Positions 38,490 to 51,838 are shown, counted from the stretch's first letter. The stretch is DNA of 64,000 bases from Octopus bimaculoides (GCF_001194135.2 NC_068989.1:57047665-57111664), one strand, 5' to 3'. Notes: a model not told the origin generated them from the letters alone. Program-made: numbers and translations.

Positions 38490-39000
38490 TAAGGATCGTA
38501 TATTCCCATTCGAATCGGCCAGAACATATTAAGAATGAATAAAAACCTTATTGTTTGGATTCGCGCTGTTCTGCGCGCGCCTCATTATCTGTTTGGTTGA
38601 CATCAGCACACATCAGCAAGTACTTTGCTAATTTCTATAAACAACAGTTGGTGCTCTTGTTGGACTCATCGTTCCAGTAAGGTGGCTTTGGTTGAAGAAG
38701 CACACAACAAAGTTGTATCACCGCGATTCTTGAAAGTCTCTTTGCATCAGTGAAACATGTATGATATGAACACGCTTCGTCTAAAGGGAGAAGGTGCTCT
38801 GCGATGACAAAAAACAACACCGATCAGTAAATTCACCTTCGAGTCTACCAGAACGTTCTAAGAATGAATAGATACGTCATTGTTACAATTTCCACGATAT
38901 GTAAATTTATGAACCGTCTTGGCAATCTGAAAGCATATTCATCAACAAGGGAACTTCGTTGTTCTTTTGTTTATGAGGAAATGTTTGATTTTAATGTTTT
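38490..39000 (+). mobile_element. Unclassified dispersed repeat, copy 3, with a partial tandem unit in front
   Basis: The TTCGAAT...CCAGAAC...AAGAATGAATA motif appears twice (~38510-38545 and ~38838-38875); the body between them aligns to 25470-25790. Confidence 0.65.
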
Positions 39001-39555
39001 GTAATTCATTATAACTGATAATTTACGATTATGTGTAATACATGTCCTTTTCTACCTTATGACATCTGGTTTTCATAATCTGTTCATTTATTCAAAAGCC
39101 AGGATAAATTTGGTTCGAGTGATACACATTTTTGTTTCTACTTTATTTTTTACGCAAGATATATTTCTTCTTGCCTTTGGTTTATTGTATTATTTTGTAT
39201 ATTGTTCTATAGCCTGTTATGTGAACATATTTGTACATCTGTTATCGACTAGAATTTGTTATAGTTTACATATTTGCTTCATTTGAAGAAAAGCTTTATT
39301 TGAATGAGAGATTCATGATCTCCCAATTTGTAAATATTTGTAAATAGTGTTTTGTTTTTCAAGTATAAACTGGTGTTTTTTAATTCCAATATTTACAACT
39401 ATTTTTAGAGTTTCTGAAACACCTAATCCTACGTATCTATTTCAAAGATGAAGATGTTTACCAAGTTTTTCATTAGCCTTTCTCTCTGACTCTGCTTGTC
39501 TCTGTCTCTTCTCTCTCTCTCCCCTCTCATTCACTCTCTCCCACTCTCTTTCTCC

Positions 39556-39642
<87 letters not shown>

Positions 39643-39957
39643 TATCTATCTATCTCTTTCGTCAACTATATCTAGGGATAGATATTTGGTGTTTGCATAG
39701 AGTACAAGAAAATGCTACCACATTTTACTGGTTGACGAACGTACAGTGTGTACAAGTGAAGAAGATGATGATAAGTTAATACACAACGATGAAACAGAAG
39801 ATATCTGCGGACACAGCGCATGCCAAACTTCACCGGTGTCACAACGATGACCTTGTAAAATGTGGATATATATTTCAGTCACACCCAGTATTTGAACATT
39901 GAAAGGTGTTGGATTTTGTCTCTGTCTCTATCTGTCTGTCTGTCTCTGTCTCTGTCA

Positions 39958-39996
<39 letters not shown>

Positions 39997-40000
39997 TCTT

Positions 40001-40033
<33 letters not shown>

Positions 40034-40451
40034 TTCCCATTCTGTCTCACTACTCTCCCAAAATATGTTTGGCTTAGTACAGACAAAACCCCTCGGACTG
40101 ACTATTCTTGAGAAACGTTTTAACTGGAAACGCATATTGCGCACCATTTCAAACCATGATAGTAACTTAAAAGAAGCAAACGATAAAGCATTAGCTAAGG
40201 AAAGACAACATGACTACCTGTCTTACATCATTATCTGAATCTTTACTGAAACATCAAAAGCGGAAGATTTTTCTGTAATTATATATGATTTACATTTTAC
40301 CTCGTTGACCATGTATACAGATGATGTTTAGTTTGCTCTTTTTCTATTTCTTTTTCAGCTCTGAGCAGAACTATGTCCGAAATTATTCCAGGCTTGGCCA
40401 CCCACCATTTTACCAAACACACTGCTTCGAATCTTACTTTTTCTACATACA

Positions 40452-40485
<34 letters not shown>

Positions 40486-41026
40486 CATATACACACNNNN
40501 NNNNNNNNNNNNNNNNNNNNNNNNNNNNNNNNNNNNNNNNNNNNNNNNNNNNNNNNNNNNNNNNNNNNNNNNNNNNNNNNNNNNNNNNNNNNNNNNNNNN
40601 NNNNNNNNNNNNNNNNNNNNNNNNNNNNNNNNNNNNNNNNNNNNNNNNNNNNNNNNNNNNNNNNNNNNNNNNNNNNNNNNNNNNNNNNNNNNNNNNNNNN
40701 NNNNNNNNNNNNNNNNNNNNNNNNNNNNNNNNNNNNNNNNNNNNNNNNNNNNNNNNNNNNNNNNNNNNNNNNNNNNNNNNNNNNACATACATACATATAT
40801 ACATATATATATATCAACAAAAATGAAGAGAAATAACTCGGAGTAGGCAACGGCATATATATGAGCAAAATAGACAAATACAGATATACCAAATACTATA
40901 CAACATGAATTCGTGGTTTATTAAACTATATTTTCGCCTCTAAAGGAGGTAATTTAAATAGAGCAAAGATTTATGTTATATATTACATGTATGTATATAT
41001 ACACACAAACACACATAAAAATGCAC

Positions 41027-41065
<39 letters not shown>

Positions 41066-41872
41066 CTATCTATCTATATACTTGTATGTATCTATATCTA
41101 TCTATCCATCTATTTATCTATCTCTCTGTCGTTTTCTATGACATGGCGTGATTTGAAGGAGAGTTGGCTGCTATATCTTGCAGCTTATTGTCTCATGTGT
41201 TGAGTGAGGCTTGAGCCAAGACGTTCATTTTACGCCTCTTGCCTTCATTACCTTCCAATATTTTATTCTGGCTTTGTCGGTATTCTAACTTTCCAGACAT
41301 TTATATAATATATCTAACTCTTGATGTAGACACACAGGCAGACGACAAAAAAGAAGAAATATAGACTTAAGAATAATAATAATAATAAAAAAATAGAAAC
41401 CAAAATTAGTAACTTACTCGTATCTTCTATATATAAGATTAAAAGACGCAGTGAAATATGGAAATGGCCTAAATTTTATTGTGGAAAAAAAATTGAGATA
41501 GCTGCTCCAGTAACATTACGATGAGGAAGACGACGACGATGACGCTGCTGCTGATGATGATGTTGATGAGGATGATGGTGATGATGATGATGATGACAGT
41601 GGTGGTAGCAGCATTGTTGTTGATGATGATGATGATGACAGCGGTAGTAGTAGCATTGTTGTTGATGATGACCATGATTATAGTGGTATTGATGCTGATG
41701 TTGTGTACTAAACAAGTGTTTTGAGGATTCTTGCGTTCAAATAATCCTCTCGTATTTCTGTATGAACCTCAATTCATACTTGCAGGTTTTCACCTATGTC
41801 CTGCCCAATAAACACATATTTTTCATCCACTTTTCTATCTTAATTCTAATTTATTAGTTGGCCATAGCCACT

Positions 41873-42295
41873 GGCATAGATGTGTGGTTAAGAAGCTCGC
41901 TTTGAAGCCACATTTTAAAGTTTATTCCCACTACGTGGAACTTTGAGCAAGTGTCTTCTACAATCGCCTCGGACCTACCAATGTCTTCTGAGTGAATACT
42001 GTAAATGGAGACTGTGTGGATGTCTGTCGTACATGTATGTGTGTGTATGCCTGTGTATAGGTGTGTATGTTTGTATACGTGTGTGTCTTCTTGTCTGTTT
42101 TTTGTTTCTCACACCATTGCCTGACAAAAGGTGTCCGTTTGTTTACACCTCTGTAACTTAACGGCTCGGCTATAGGCTCCGATAGAATTAGTACCGAACT
42201 TAAAAAATTAGTTCTGGGTCGATTTTGTTCGACTACAACGCTTTAACGTGGTCGCACAGCATGACCGTAGTACAATGACGAAAAAAAAAAAATAA
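41873..42295 (+). mobile_element. Full-length degenerate SINE (246-612 family) with A-rich tail
   Basis: GGCATAGATGTGTGGTTAAGAAGCTCGC...GAGCAAGTGTCTTCTAC...(GT)-rich middle...GGGTCGATTTTGTTCGACTA...CAGCATGACCGTAGTACAATGACG-poly(A). Confidence 0.85.
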
Positions 42296-42423
42296 CAAAG
42301 GAAGGAAGGAAGAGCCTGCGCATATGATTATAACTTTGTCGCCCTCATCCCGCAAATTATAGCTTTTTGTTACGGCATCTTAACGTTCATGGCGCTGTTA
42401 ACGTTCATGGATAGTTGGGTTCA

Positions 42424-42725
42424 ACAGAATTAATGAAGTTTACAAACTGTACGATAGTCTTCCTACGATCGCCTCGGTAATCAGAGAAAGAACATATTAT
42501 GCCGGACAGTGCTGGAGAAACAAGAATGAAATATACAACGATCTCTTACGCTGGAAAACCATGAATGGACATACATGTATCGGCAGAACAAGAAGAGCAT
42601 ATAACTACCATGTTGTGGAAGAGACTGGATATCAGGCTCCGGATAGTCAGACTGCTGTGGAAGATCAGGACATTTGGGGTGGAAGAGTTCCATTAGTCCG
42701 GACAAGTCAACAAACTAGATTGATG
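42424..42725 (+). mobile_element. RTE-clade LINE 3' end
   Basis: SLPTIASVIRERTYYAGQCWRNKNEIYNDLLRWKTMNGHTCIGRTRRAY...DQDIWGGRV matches the RTE tail pattern IR.RR...AGHC.R...E....LL.W.P..G....GRP..TY...DR..W..RV. Confidence 0.8.
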
Positions 42726-42760
42726 CACATAGAACTTAATGAATATTAATTCGCGCTAAT

Positions 42761-42862
42761 GCGGCGAGCTGGTAAAATCGTTACCGTATTTCGTCCGTCT
42801 TCACTTGGCTCAACTTTGCCTTTCATCCTATTAGGGTCAATCGAATAAATACCAGTTAAATG
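42761..42862 (+). mobile_element. Deleted monomeric SINE
   Basis: GCGGCGAGCTGGTAAAATCGTTA..GTATTTCGTCCGTC...CTTTGCCTTTCATCCTATTAGGGTCAATCGAATAAATACCAG. Confidence 0.75.
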
Positions 42863-43841
42863 CTTGTAAAGATGAAATAGATTTAACCCCACTCCCTCTC
42901 TCACTGTATATATATNNNNNNNNNNNNNNNNNNNNNNNNNNNNNNNNNNNNNNNNNNNNNNNNNNNNNNNNNNNNNNNNNNNNNNNNNNNNNNNNNNNNN
43001 NNNNNNNNNNNNNNNNNNNNNNNNNNNNNNNNNNNNNNNNNNNNNNNNNNNNNNNNNNNNNNNNNNNNNNNNNNNNNNNNNNNNNNNNNNNNNNNNNNNN
43101 NNNNNNNNNNNNNNNNNNNNNNNNNNNNNNNNNNNNNNNNNNNNNNNNNNNNNNNNNNNNNNNNNNNNNNNNNNNNNNNNNNNNNNNNNNNNNNNNNNNN
43201 NNNNNNNNNNNNNNNNNNNNNNNNNNNNNNNNNNNNNNNNNNNNNNNNNNNNNNNNNNNNNNNNNNNNNNNNNNNNNNNNNNNNNNNNNNNNNNNNNNNN
43301 NNNNNNNNNNNNNNNNNNNNNNNNNNNNNNNNNNNNNNNNNNNNNNNNNNNNNNNNNNNNNNNNNNNNNNNNNNNNNNNNNNNNNNNNNNNNNNNNNNNN
43401 NNNNNNNNNNNNNNNNNNNNNNNNNNNNNNNNNNNNNNNNNNNNNNNNNNNNNNNNNNNNNNNNNNNNNNNNNNNNNNNNNNNNNNNNNNNNNNNNNNNN
43501 NNNNNNNNNNNNNNNNNNNNNNNNNNNNNNNNNNNNNNNNNNNNNNNNNNNNNNNNNNNNNNNNNNNNNNNNNNNNNNNNNNNNNNNNNNNNNNNNNNNN
43601 NNNNNNNNNNNNNNNNNNNNNNNNNNNNNNNNNNNNNNNNNNNNNNNNNNNNNNNNNNNNNNNNNNNNNNNNNNNNNNNNNNNNNNNNNNNNNNNNNNNN
43701 NNNNNNNNNNNNNNNNNNNNNNNNNNNNNNNNNNNNNNNNNNNNNNNNNNNNNNNNNNNNNNNNNNNNNNNNNNNNNNNNNNNNNNNNNNNNNNNNNNNN
43801 NNNNNNNNNNNNNNNNNNNNNNNNNNNNNNNNNNNNNNNNN

Positions 43842-43989
43842 TCTCCAACATACTGAAAATTTAGAAATAGCAGTCAAAGAACTACTGATTCTAAACTACA
43901 AATTTTCGCCATCCATTTTAGAGAAAAATTTGTAGTTTAGAATCAGTAGTTCTTTGACTGCTATTTCTAAATTTTCAGTATGTTGGAGA
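43842..43989. repeat. Perfect inverted repeat: 65 bp arms, 18 bp spacer
   Basis: 43842-43906 is the exact reverse complement of 43925-43989. The left arm begins at the first base after a gap. Confidence 0.95.
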
Positions 43990-44739
43990 AGCAACTCAAT
44001 GCTAATCCCTGTATATTTATGATATATATATATATATATATAGATAGATATATATATAGCGAAGGCACTTTATTTCACTTTGCTCCAGTTCATTCATATG
44101 TAGAGATGTGTTGCGATGACACTAGCATCAAGCTGTATTGGCCTTTGTTTTTATCTTTGTATAACATCGGTGGTGTGAAGTGGGGAGGCTTGTATGCATG
44201 GGCGACTGCTGGTCTTCCATAAACAACCTTGTCCGGACTTGNNNNNNNNNNTATATATATTGTAAACAAACTCATAAGCGCTGAGTGTGTCGTCGGTATT
44301 CTACAAAAAATAAAAGAATTCTACACTGCAGGAAGGATGTCTTCTCAGCCACTTATTTATTTCATATATATATACATATACTAATGTATATACTTTGTGC
44401 ATTTTCCGTGGACTGCATGTCGCCGGTGTTAAAACACCTCAGAAATCATGAACAGGCGAGATAACTCACCCCAATCCTATTTGGGAGTGATGGACATCGA
44501 TGTTTAGCCATTTTTATGGCTTTTCAACATCACGTACTCACCTGCGTTGAAGGCGAGTCACCCAAGCAGTCCAACAATTTATATGCTCATAACTTATAAA
44601 TTTGTGAGCTGGTAGGCCCAGAAATTGTGTCCTTAAGAGAAAATTTACTTATGAATTAAAAGCCGCTTTAGTGTTATAAATATTATTACATACTATGTAT
44701 TGTATTTAATATTCATTATGCTTGAGCTATATATATATG

Positions 44740-44770
<31 letters not shown>

Positions 44771-45425
44771 NNNNNNNNNNNNNNNNNNNNNNNNNNNNNN
44801 NNNNNNNNNNNNNNNNNNNNNNNNNNNNNNNNNNNNNNNNNNNNNNNNNNNNNNNNNNNNNNNNNNNNNNNNNNNNNNNNNNNNNNNNNNNNNNNNNNNN
44901 NNNNNNNNNNNNNNNNNNNNNNNNNNNNNNNNNNNNNNNNNNNNNNNNNNNNNNNNNNNNNNNNNNNNNNNNNNNNNNNNNNNNNNNNNNNNNNNNNNNN
45001 NNNNNNNNNNNNNNNNNNNNNNNNNNNNNNNNNNNNNNNNNNNNNNNNNNNNNNNNNNNNNNNNNNNNNNNNNNNNNNNNNNNNNNNNNNNNNNNNNNNN
45101 NNNNNNNNNNNNNNNNNNNNNNNNNNNNNNNNNNNNNNNNNNNNNNNNNNNNNNNNNNNNNNNNNNNNNNNNNNNNNNNNNNNNNNNNNNNNNNNNNNNN
45201 NNNNNNNNNNNNNNNNNNNNNNNNNNNNNNNNNNNNNNNNNNNNNNNNNNNNNNNNNNNNNNNNNNNNNNNNNNNNNNNNNNNNNNNNNNNNNNNNNNNN
45301 NNNNNNNNNNNNNNNNNNNNNNNNNNNNNNNNNNNNNNNNNNNNNNNNNNNNNNNNNNNNNNNNNNNNNNNNNNNNNNNNNNNNNNNNNNNNNNNNNNNN
45401 NNNNNNNNNNNNNNNNNNNNNNNNN

Positions 45426-45486
<61 letters not shown>

Positions 45487-45934
45487 TACATACATACACA
45501 TACACATACACACACATACGCACACACACTAAGCGAGAAAGAGAGAATCATAGAGACGGATGAGGAGGAGGAGAAGAAGAAAGTAAATACATACATACAC
45601 ATATGTATAAATATATGTGTGCGCGAGAGAGAAAAAGAGAGGGAAAGAAAAGTGAGAGAGAGAGAGAGAGAGAGAGGTGAAGGATAGAGAGAAAGCTAAC
45701 TTCCATAATATATAATCAACAAGGAGAGTAATCTTGCTTCTATTTTTTTTGTTACTTTTTTAATATAGTCTTATTTAATTATATTTTCAGATAACAAATA
45801 TTTTCTTTTGAAAATTTGTGCTCATTTCATATTGTGTATAAGCAGCAAGAAATTTGTTAAAAGCAGAAATATTATTATTGTATTGTTGCCATATTTCCTG
45901 ATATTGCTCTTGGTAGCAAAAGCATACTTCCAAT

Positions 45935-45970
45935 GTTACCCGTCTTATGACGGGTAACGATACTCTCTAG
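45935..45970 (+). mobile_element. Helitron 3' terminus
   Basis: Perfect 10 bp hairpin GTTACCCGTC-TTAT-GACGGGTAAC, 8 nt spacer, CTAG (45967-45970), then T: the canonical hairpin-CTRR-T end. The 5' TC end was not located. Confidence 0.7.
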
Positions 45971-46101
45971 TCTAAGGATAAAAACGACAAACGAACAGAG
46001 AGCTGTTGCTGTGGTGGTGGCCCTCAATAACACTGTCTTTGTCGTCATTTAAACCTCAGCCCGCTCTAGTAAAACATCGAAATAATAGAAAGGCATTCTA
46101 A

Positions 46102-46313
46102 GGGTGCGAGCTGGGAGAATCGTTAGCACACCGGGCAAAATGCTTAGCGGCGTTTCGCACATCTCTACGTTATGAGTTCAAATTCAGCCAAGGTTGACTT
46201 TATCTTTCATCCTTTCAGCGTCAATAAAATAAGTACCAGTCGAGTGCTGGGGATCGATGTAATCGACTTAACGCTCTCCCAAATTTGCTAGCCTTGTACA
46301 AAATTTGAAACCG
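46102..46313 (+). mobile_element. Monomeric SINE with 17 bp TSD
   Basis: GGTGCGAGCTGGGAGAATCGTTAGCACACCGGGCAAAATGC...; TSD ATAGAAAGGCATTCTAA (46085-46101) / ATATAAAGGCATTGTAA (46314-46330). Confidence 0.9.
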
Positions 46314-46662
46314 ATATAAAGGCATTGTAATTGTGGCTACTTCGACCATCTTTTAGAAGTCAAAGGCTTCATTACAATTGAATAAGAGTACGTGTGTCAA
46401 TGCTAAGCATTGCTTTAGGGCGTTATGTGATTTTTGTGAGGTTAGGCAAAATTATTTCAGCTATATTTGCCGTGGATTTGTAACTACACTGTCAATACGG
46501 ATATTTTTGAACGATTAAAATAAAGCGCCCCTGAAGATAAGAGATTAAATGACAGTTTGAAGATGCAATTTTCAACCGCAGTCTAAACCAGGTGTCATGT
46601 TCTATTAAAGATTTCGTTGTGCGTTCAAAACCAATAACCCCTGCCAGTATTATAACTTGTTT

Positions 46663-46867
46663 CTAAGCCGTCGAGCTGTCAGAATCATTAGAACACTGAA
46701 CAAAATGCTTAGTGACATTTCATCCGTCTTTACGTACTGAGTTCAAATTCCGCCGCGTTCGATTCTGCCATTCATCATTTCGGGGTGAATAAAATAAATA
46801 CCAGTCAAGTAATCGAATTACCCCTCCCTGAAATTACTGGTCTTGATCCAAAATTTAAAACCATAAC
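46663..46867 (+). mobile_element. Monomeric SINE with 12 bp TSD
   Basis: GTCGAGCTGTCAGAATCATTAG...GAGTTCAAATTCCGCCG...; TSD TATAACTTGTTT (46651-46662) / TATAATTTGTTT (46868-46879). Confidence 0.85.
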
Positions 46868-48881
46868 TATAATTTGTTTGTTTTTTGTTTTCCCTTTCTA
46901 AGTGATGTATTAATTTCACGGACAGTTGGTATCCTTGGTAATGATTCATGCATTGTGTATAATCAAATTGTGACAATGTTTAATCTGCACAACTTTACAA
47001 GTGAAATAGACTTTATTGCTTATCCTTTTGTTTTACATTAAAACGCATGTGTTGTCTAATGATGAAGTACTGCATCATATTTATATATTCAGAAACGAGA
47101 TGAAATATTTTAATGAGAGAGCGAAGACCATTGTTAATAATTAGTGAGTGGAACTCGATAAGTATATCTCACTGATATATTTTAGTTAACTAAACAATAA
47201 CTAACTTTACAAATCAATACAGGATTTACAAGAAAACTTATTTCGATGAGCATGAGAGATGCTTTTCTAAAAATTTGGTTTTATGGGAAAGATTCTATTC
47301 AGAAGTGAAACTTAGCATGTGTCCGTGTTTTTCGTAACGCGAATGCAGTTGACCAAGCAGAAGTATTACATAACCTAACGTGTGAGTATCTCAGACTCAA
47401 CACCTACTTGCTCGTTATTATTTTCTTTCTCTTCAATGAGTAGCTGCATCATTATTTGTGGATTCGTACGATAAAACTAATCTCACTGTTGCAGAACAAG
47501 ACCACTTACTGATATACCCTGCGACGACATTTTATTGATATCAAAGTATGCAGGGCTATTGATTGGCGCCTGTTGGATATCGATACAAAAGAAACATGCC
47601 AGAGATGACAGTGAAAGCTTTCTAATAGCGTTACTATCTTTTTGCAACATATATTTATGTGAGTTGACGTTCTTGTCATTAACTGACATCAAAACGAAGA
47701 CATGACTATTGTCAATGAAAGCGTAACCACATATCGCTTTGCTAAATATTCAACCACGACTAAATGATGAAATTTATGAATTGTATCAAAGTCTCATTAG
47801 TTTAGTGACAGATATTTAATGAATGATTCTGTGTATACATGCACTGCTTATTTACGGAATGTAATTTAAATTTCTATATTAATATGACTTACTAGGGCAT
47901 TTGTGAATAAGCTATCAGAGGTTTTGCTACATTTATATATATATATATCTTGTGTGTACTACATAATAAAAACGGCTGGGAATTGCAATTTTACATTACC
48001 GAATAAAATTTATGTGTTACTCCAAAATAAACTCTTAAAGAGAATTACAATTTTAATTCCATATTGATTTAGATTACGTGAATGTTTTGAACCTAACATT
48101 GTATTGTTTTCGAATACGTTGATAGTTTCTTAGCAACTTCTATTTGTTGTTGAAAAAGTCGGCTTATGGTTTAATGCTTTCTAATGTATTAGTGTCACTT
48201 TAGTGAATAACTGGCTTCTAAGGTATAATCAATGACATATTTAGTGTGGGGATGTGGCTAAAGTTGTAGGCATCTGAGGGAGAGTTGTATACACCCATCC
48301 AGTATATTATTGTACTTACTGTATTGAATTTTGGTTGAGTCGAAGACCAGTACGACCTGGTGTAGTGGTTAGGGTTGATGATTAGATGAATGTCACTGTA
48401 TTAACTAATGACAGATATAACTATATCTGAGGAGCATTGAAGGTGAAGTGTGAGTTTGACTCAGTTGGGATTGAGATGAACGATAAACCAAAATAATAAA
48501 ATGAAATGATATATAATATACGATGTAGGTCACAGCTCCATCGTCGGGGTTTCGCTTCTTGCTGCGGGGCTATGAAATGTCTATGAACGAAACAATTTAC
48601 ACACAATAATGCAGTTAATTTCTTACAAATAATTACCACATTGTAAATCAGGCTCAACACTGTAATGATCATTAAGAATATATAGAAGTGATGAGTACAA
48701 TGTTACCATGCAACAGAGTGACGTTTTTCAACCATTTCACTGAGAAGTTTGAGAGATTAAATAAATGTGTATGGCGACCGAGAGAAGAGTAAAATGATGT
48801 TTCAGAATTGGTTCTTGGTCTGAGAGAGAGAGGAGGGAAGAGAGAGAGGGAGTGAGGGAGAGAGGGAGAGAGAGAGAGAGA

Positions 48882-48936
<55 letters not shown>

Positions 48937-49783
48937 TTCTCAATTGATGAGATATTTTCCTTTATCCAAGAACCGGTCCCTAAACGTCATGTTTTTCACC
49001 TCCTTGCGGACATACAAACTTACTGTTACACGTAAACTACACTGTATATAGGGCAACACAGTTTAGTCTGTTTCCTCAGAGCCGGGTTATTTTAAAACAC
49101 ATATATAGATATTAACTCTGCCATGTCAACACATATTATGACCTTACAACGATGGCTTGACTCGCCACCATAATGTGCAAACCGATTTTCCTTTCAAACC
49201 AACTGCAGGTATTTCATTAGGGATCCTAGTTTCCCCTCGACTATCAAAGGATTTAATTTAATCGTTTGAACATCGTATCTATGACATCTATGACGATTTC
49301 CATCTCATTCACTTAGCATGAAAAAACAAAATAAAACTGCATGTAAAATATGCCTCTCTAATAGTTTCTGAGATCCTGAACAAATTTACATTCAATATCC
49401 AGCATGATGTGTTGGTGCATGCATCAAACATTACACGTGAAGTATAAACCATTGACGTCAGAATAATGTTGGAGATGGTTATTTAATGAGAGTGAGGGCT
49501 GTGCTTCTGTAAGCATTCCTTCTTAGTTTGTAGTTGCGTCTTCCTGTCATAGAGGTGCTGAAACCGGGTATGCTAGTGTGATGCAGATCGATATTTTCTA
49601 ATGTGTCTATATGTCAAATATTGTAGAGAAATAGTGAAATTTTTATCGATCTTATTGCAGGTATTGCTTGTCAATAAAGCATTTTATAGAGTAGTGTTCT
49701 AAATATTTGGATGAATAGACAGGTAAATAAGAGGTAGTATATACATACAGACATACATAACTGAACCTATCTGCCTACCTTTA

Positions 49784-49875
<92 letters not shown>

Positions 49876-51838
49876 CATATATACATAAATATATATACAT
49901 ATACATATACATACATATATATACATATATATACATATATATANNNNNNNNNNNNNNNNNNNNNNNNNNNNNNNNNNNNNNNNNNNNNNNNNNNNNNNNN
50001 NNNNNNNNNNNNNNNNNNNNNNNNNNNNNNNNNNNNNNNNNNNNNNNNNNNNNNNNNNNNNNNNNNNNNNNNNNNNNNNNNNNNNNNNNNNNNNNNNNNN
50101 NNNNNNNNNNNNNNNNNNNNNNNNNNNNNNNNNNNNNNNNNNNNNNNNNNNNNNNNNNNNNNNNNNNNNNNNNNNNNNNNNNNNNNNNNNNNNNNNNNNN
50201 NNNNNNNNNNNNNNNNNNNNNNNNNNNNNNNNNNNNNNNNNNNNNNNNNNNNNNNNNNNNNNNNNNNNNNNNNNNNNNNNNNNNNNNNNNNNNNNNNNNN
50301 NNNNNNNNNNNNNNNNNNNNNNNNNNNNNNNNNNNNNNNNNNNNNNNNNNNNNNNNNNNNNNNNNNNNNNNNNNNNNNNNNNNNNNNNNNNNNNNNNNNN
50401 NNNNNNNNNNNNNNNNNNNNNNNNNNNNNNNNNNNNNNNNNNNNNNNNNNNNNNNNNNNNNNNNNNNNNNNNNNNNNNNNNNNNNNNNNNNNNNNNNNNN
50501 NNNNNNNNNNNNNNNNNNNNNNNNNNNNNNNNNNNNNNNNNNNNNNNNNNNNNNNNNNNNNNNNNNNNNNNNNNNNNNNNNNNNNNNNNNNNNNNNNNNN
50601 NNNNNNNNNNNNNNNNNNNNNNNNNNNNNNNNNNNNNNNNNNNNNNNNNNNNNNNNNNNNNNNNNNNNNNNNNNNNNNNNNNNNNNNNNNNNNNNNNNNN
50701 NNNNNNNNNNNNNNNNNNNNNNNNNNNNNNNNNNNNNNNNNNNNNNNNNNNNNNNNNNNNNNTATATATATATATACACACACACACACACATTATATAT
50801 ATATAATCTTGCTATATAAAGTATGATGTATGTATGTTCATATAGATACATACACACACATATATATCATTCATATATATCATTCATCATATATATTATA
50901 TAAGGTATATATCATTGGGTCTGTGTATGCGTGCGTGCGAACGTGCACATATGTCTGTATATAAAATCGATAAAGTATCGAACAGTCAATCACGTACCTA
51001 CATACGTTTACACCATCCGTTCGACAAATATTAGTCCCTTACGTACATACATTACATACACGCGTACACACAAAACGAGTGCTCTCTGTGTGTCTCTCTT
51101 TCTTTCTTTCTCTCTCTCACACACACTCTCTCTCTGTCTATATAAATATATATATATATATATATATACACATACATATATATCTATATATGTATGTATA
51201 TGTGTAAGTGTGTATGCAGGCACACTTCGACAGCCGTACGAGTAGACGGGAGATGCAACATTACATGTACTCCAGGTGTGATGCGAATTCAGGTGAGGGA
51301 TATAAGTCCTTCAGGTATAGCCAGTGACATTAATGTATTACAAGTAAACATTTTAAGAGGTAAATCTCCTTACTAACTCAATTGCCATACACTTTCACGT
51401 ATGGTTGTGTCTGTCTGTAGATAAATACCAATATGCCTATAGATGCCATTTCATATACGCGCATAGAGATACACACACTTACACACGTTTATTCATTATA
51501 CATACATACATGTATACATATGAATATATAAATGTATTTATGTATGTCTTTATATACCCACCCACACACAGAAAGACATACATACATACATACATACGTG
51601 TGTGTGTGCATTTGTGTGTGTCCATACGTGTACTTAAAAACGTGTGTGCATTCACTTGTGTATATAAGTCACGAAAGAAATTATCCAGAAAAACAATTGG
51701 ACAGGTTGTCTTATGATGAAATTAAGAGAAGCTGTCGGATAGACATCTGAGTATGTATGTGTATGTATACGTCTGAATTAATATATTTATGTGTGTGTGT
51801 ATGTATGTATGGACGTATGTATGAATATATATATATAT

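Noticed and set aside
51194-51376. 60 aa ORF or exon near GTGAGG donor
   Set aside because: The acceptor lacks a pyrimidine tract, two frames are equally open, and no family was recognised.
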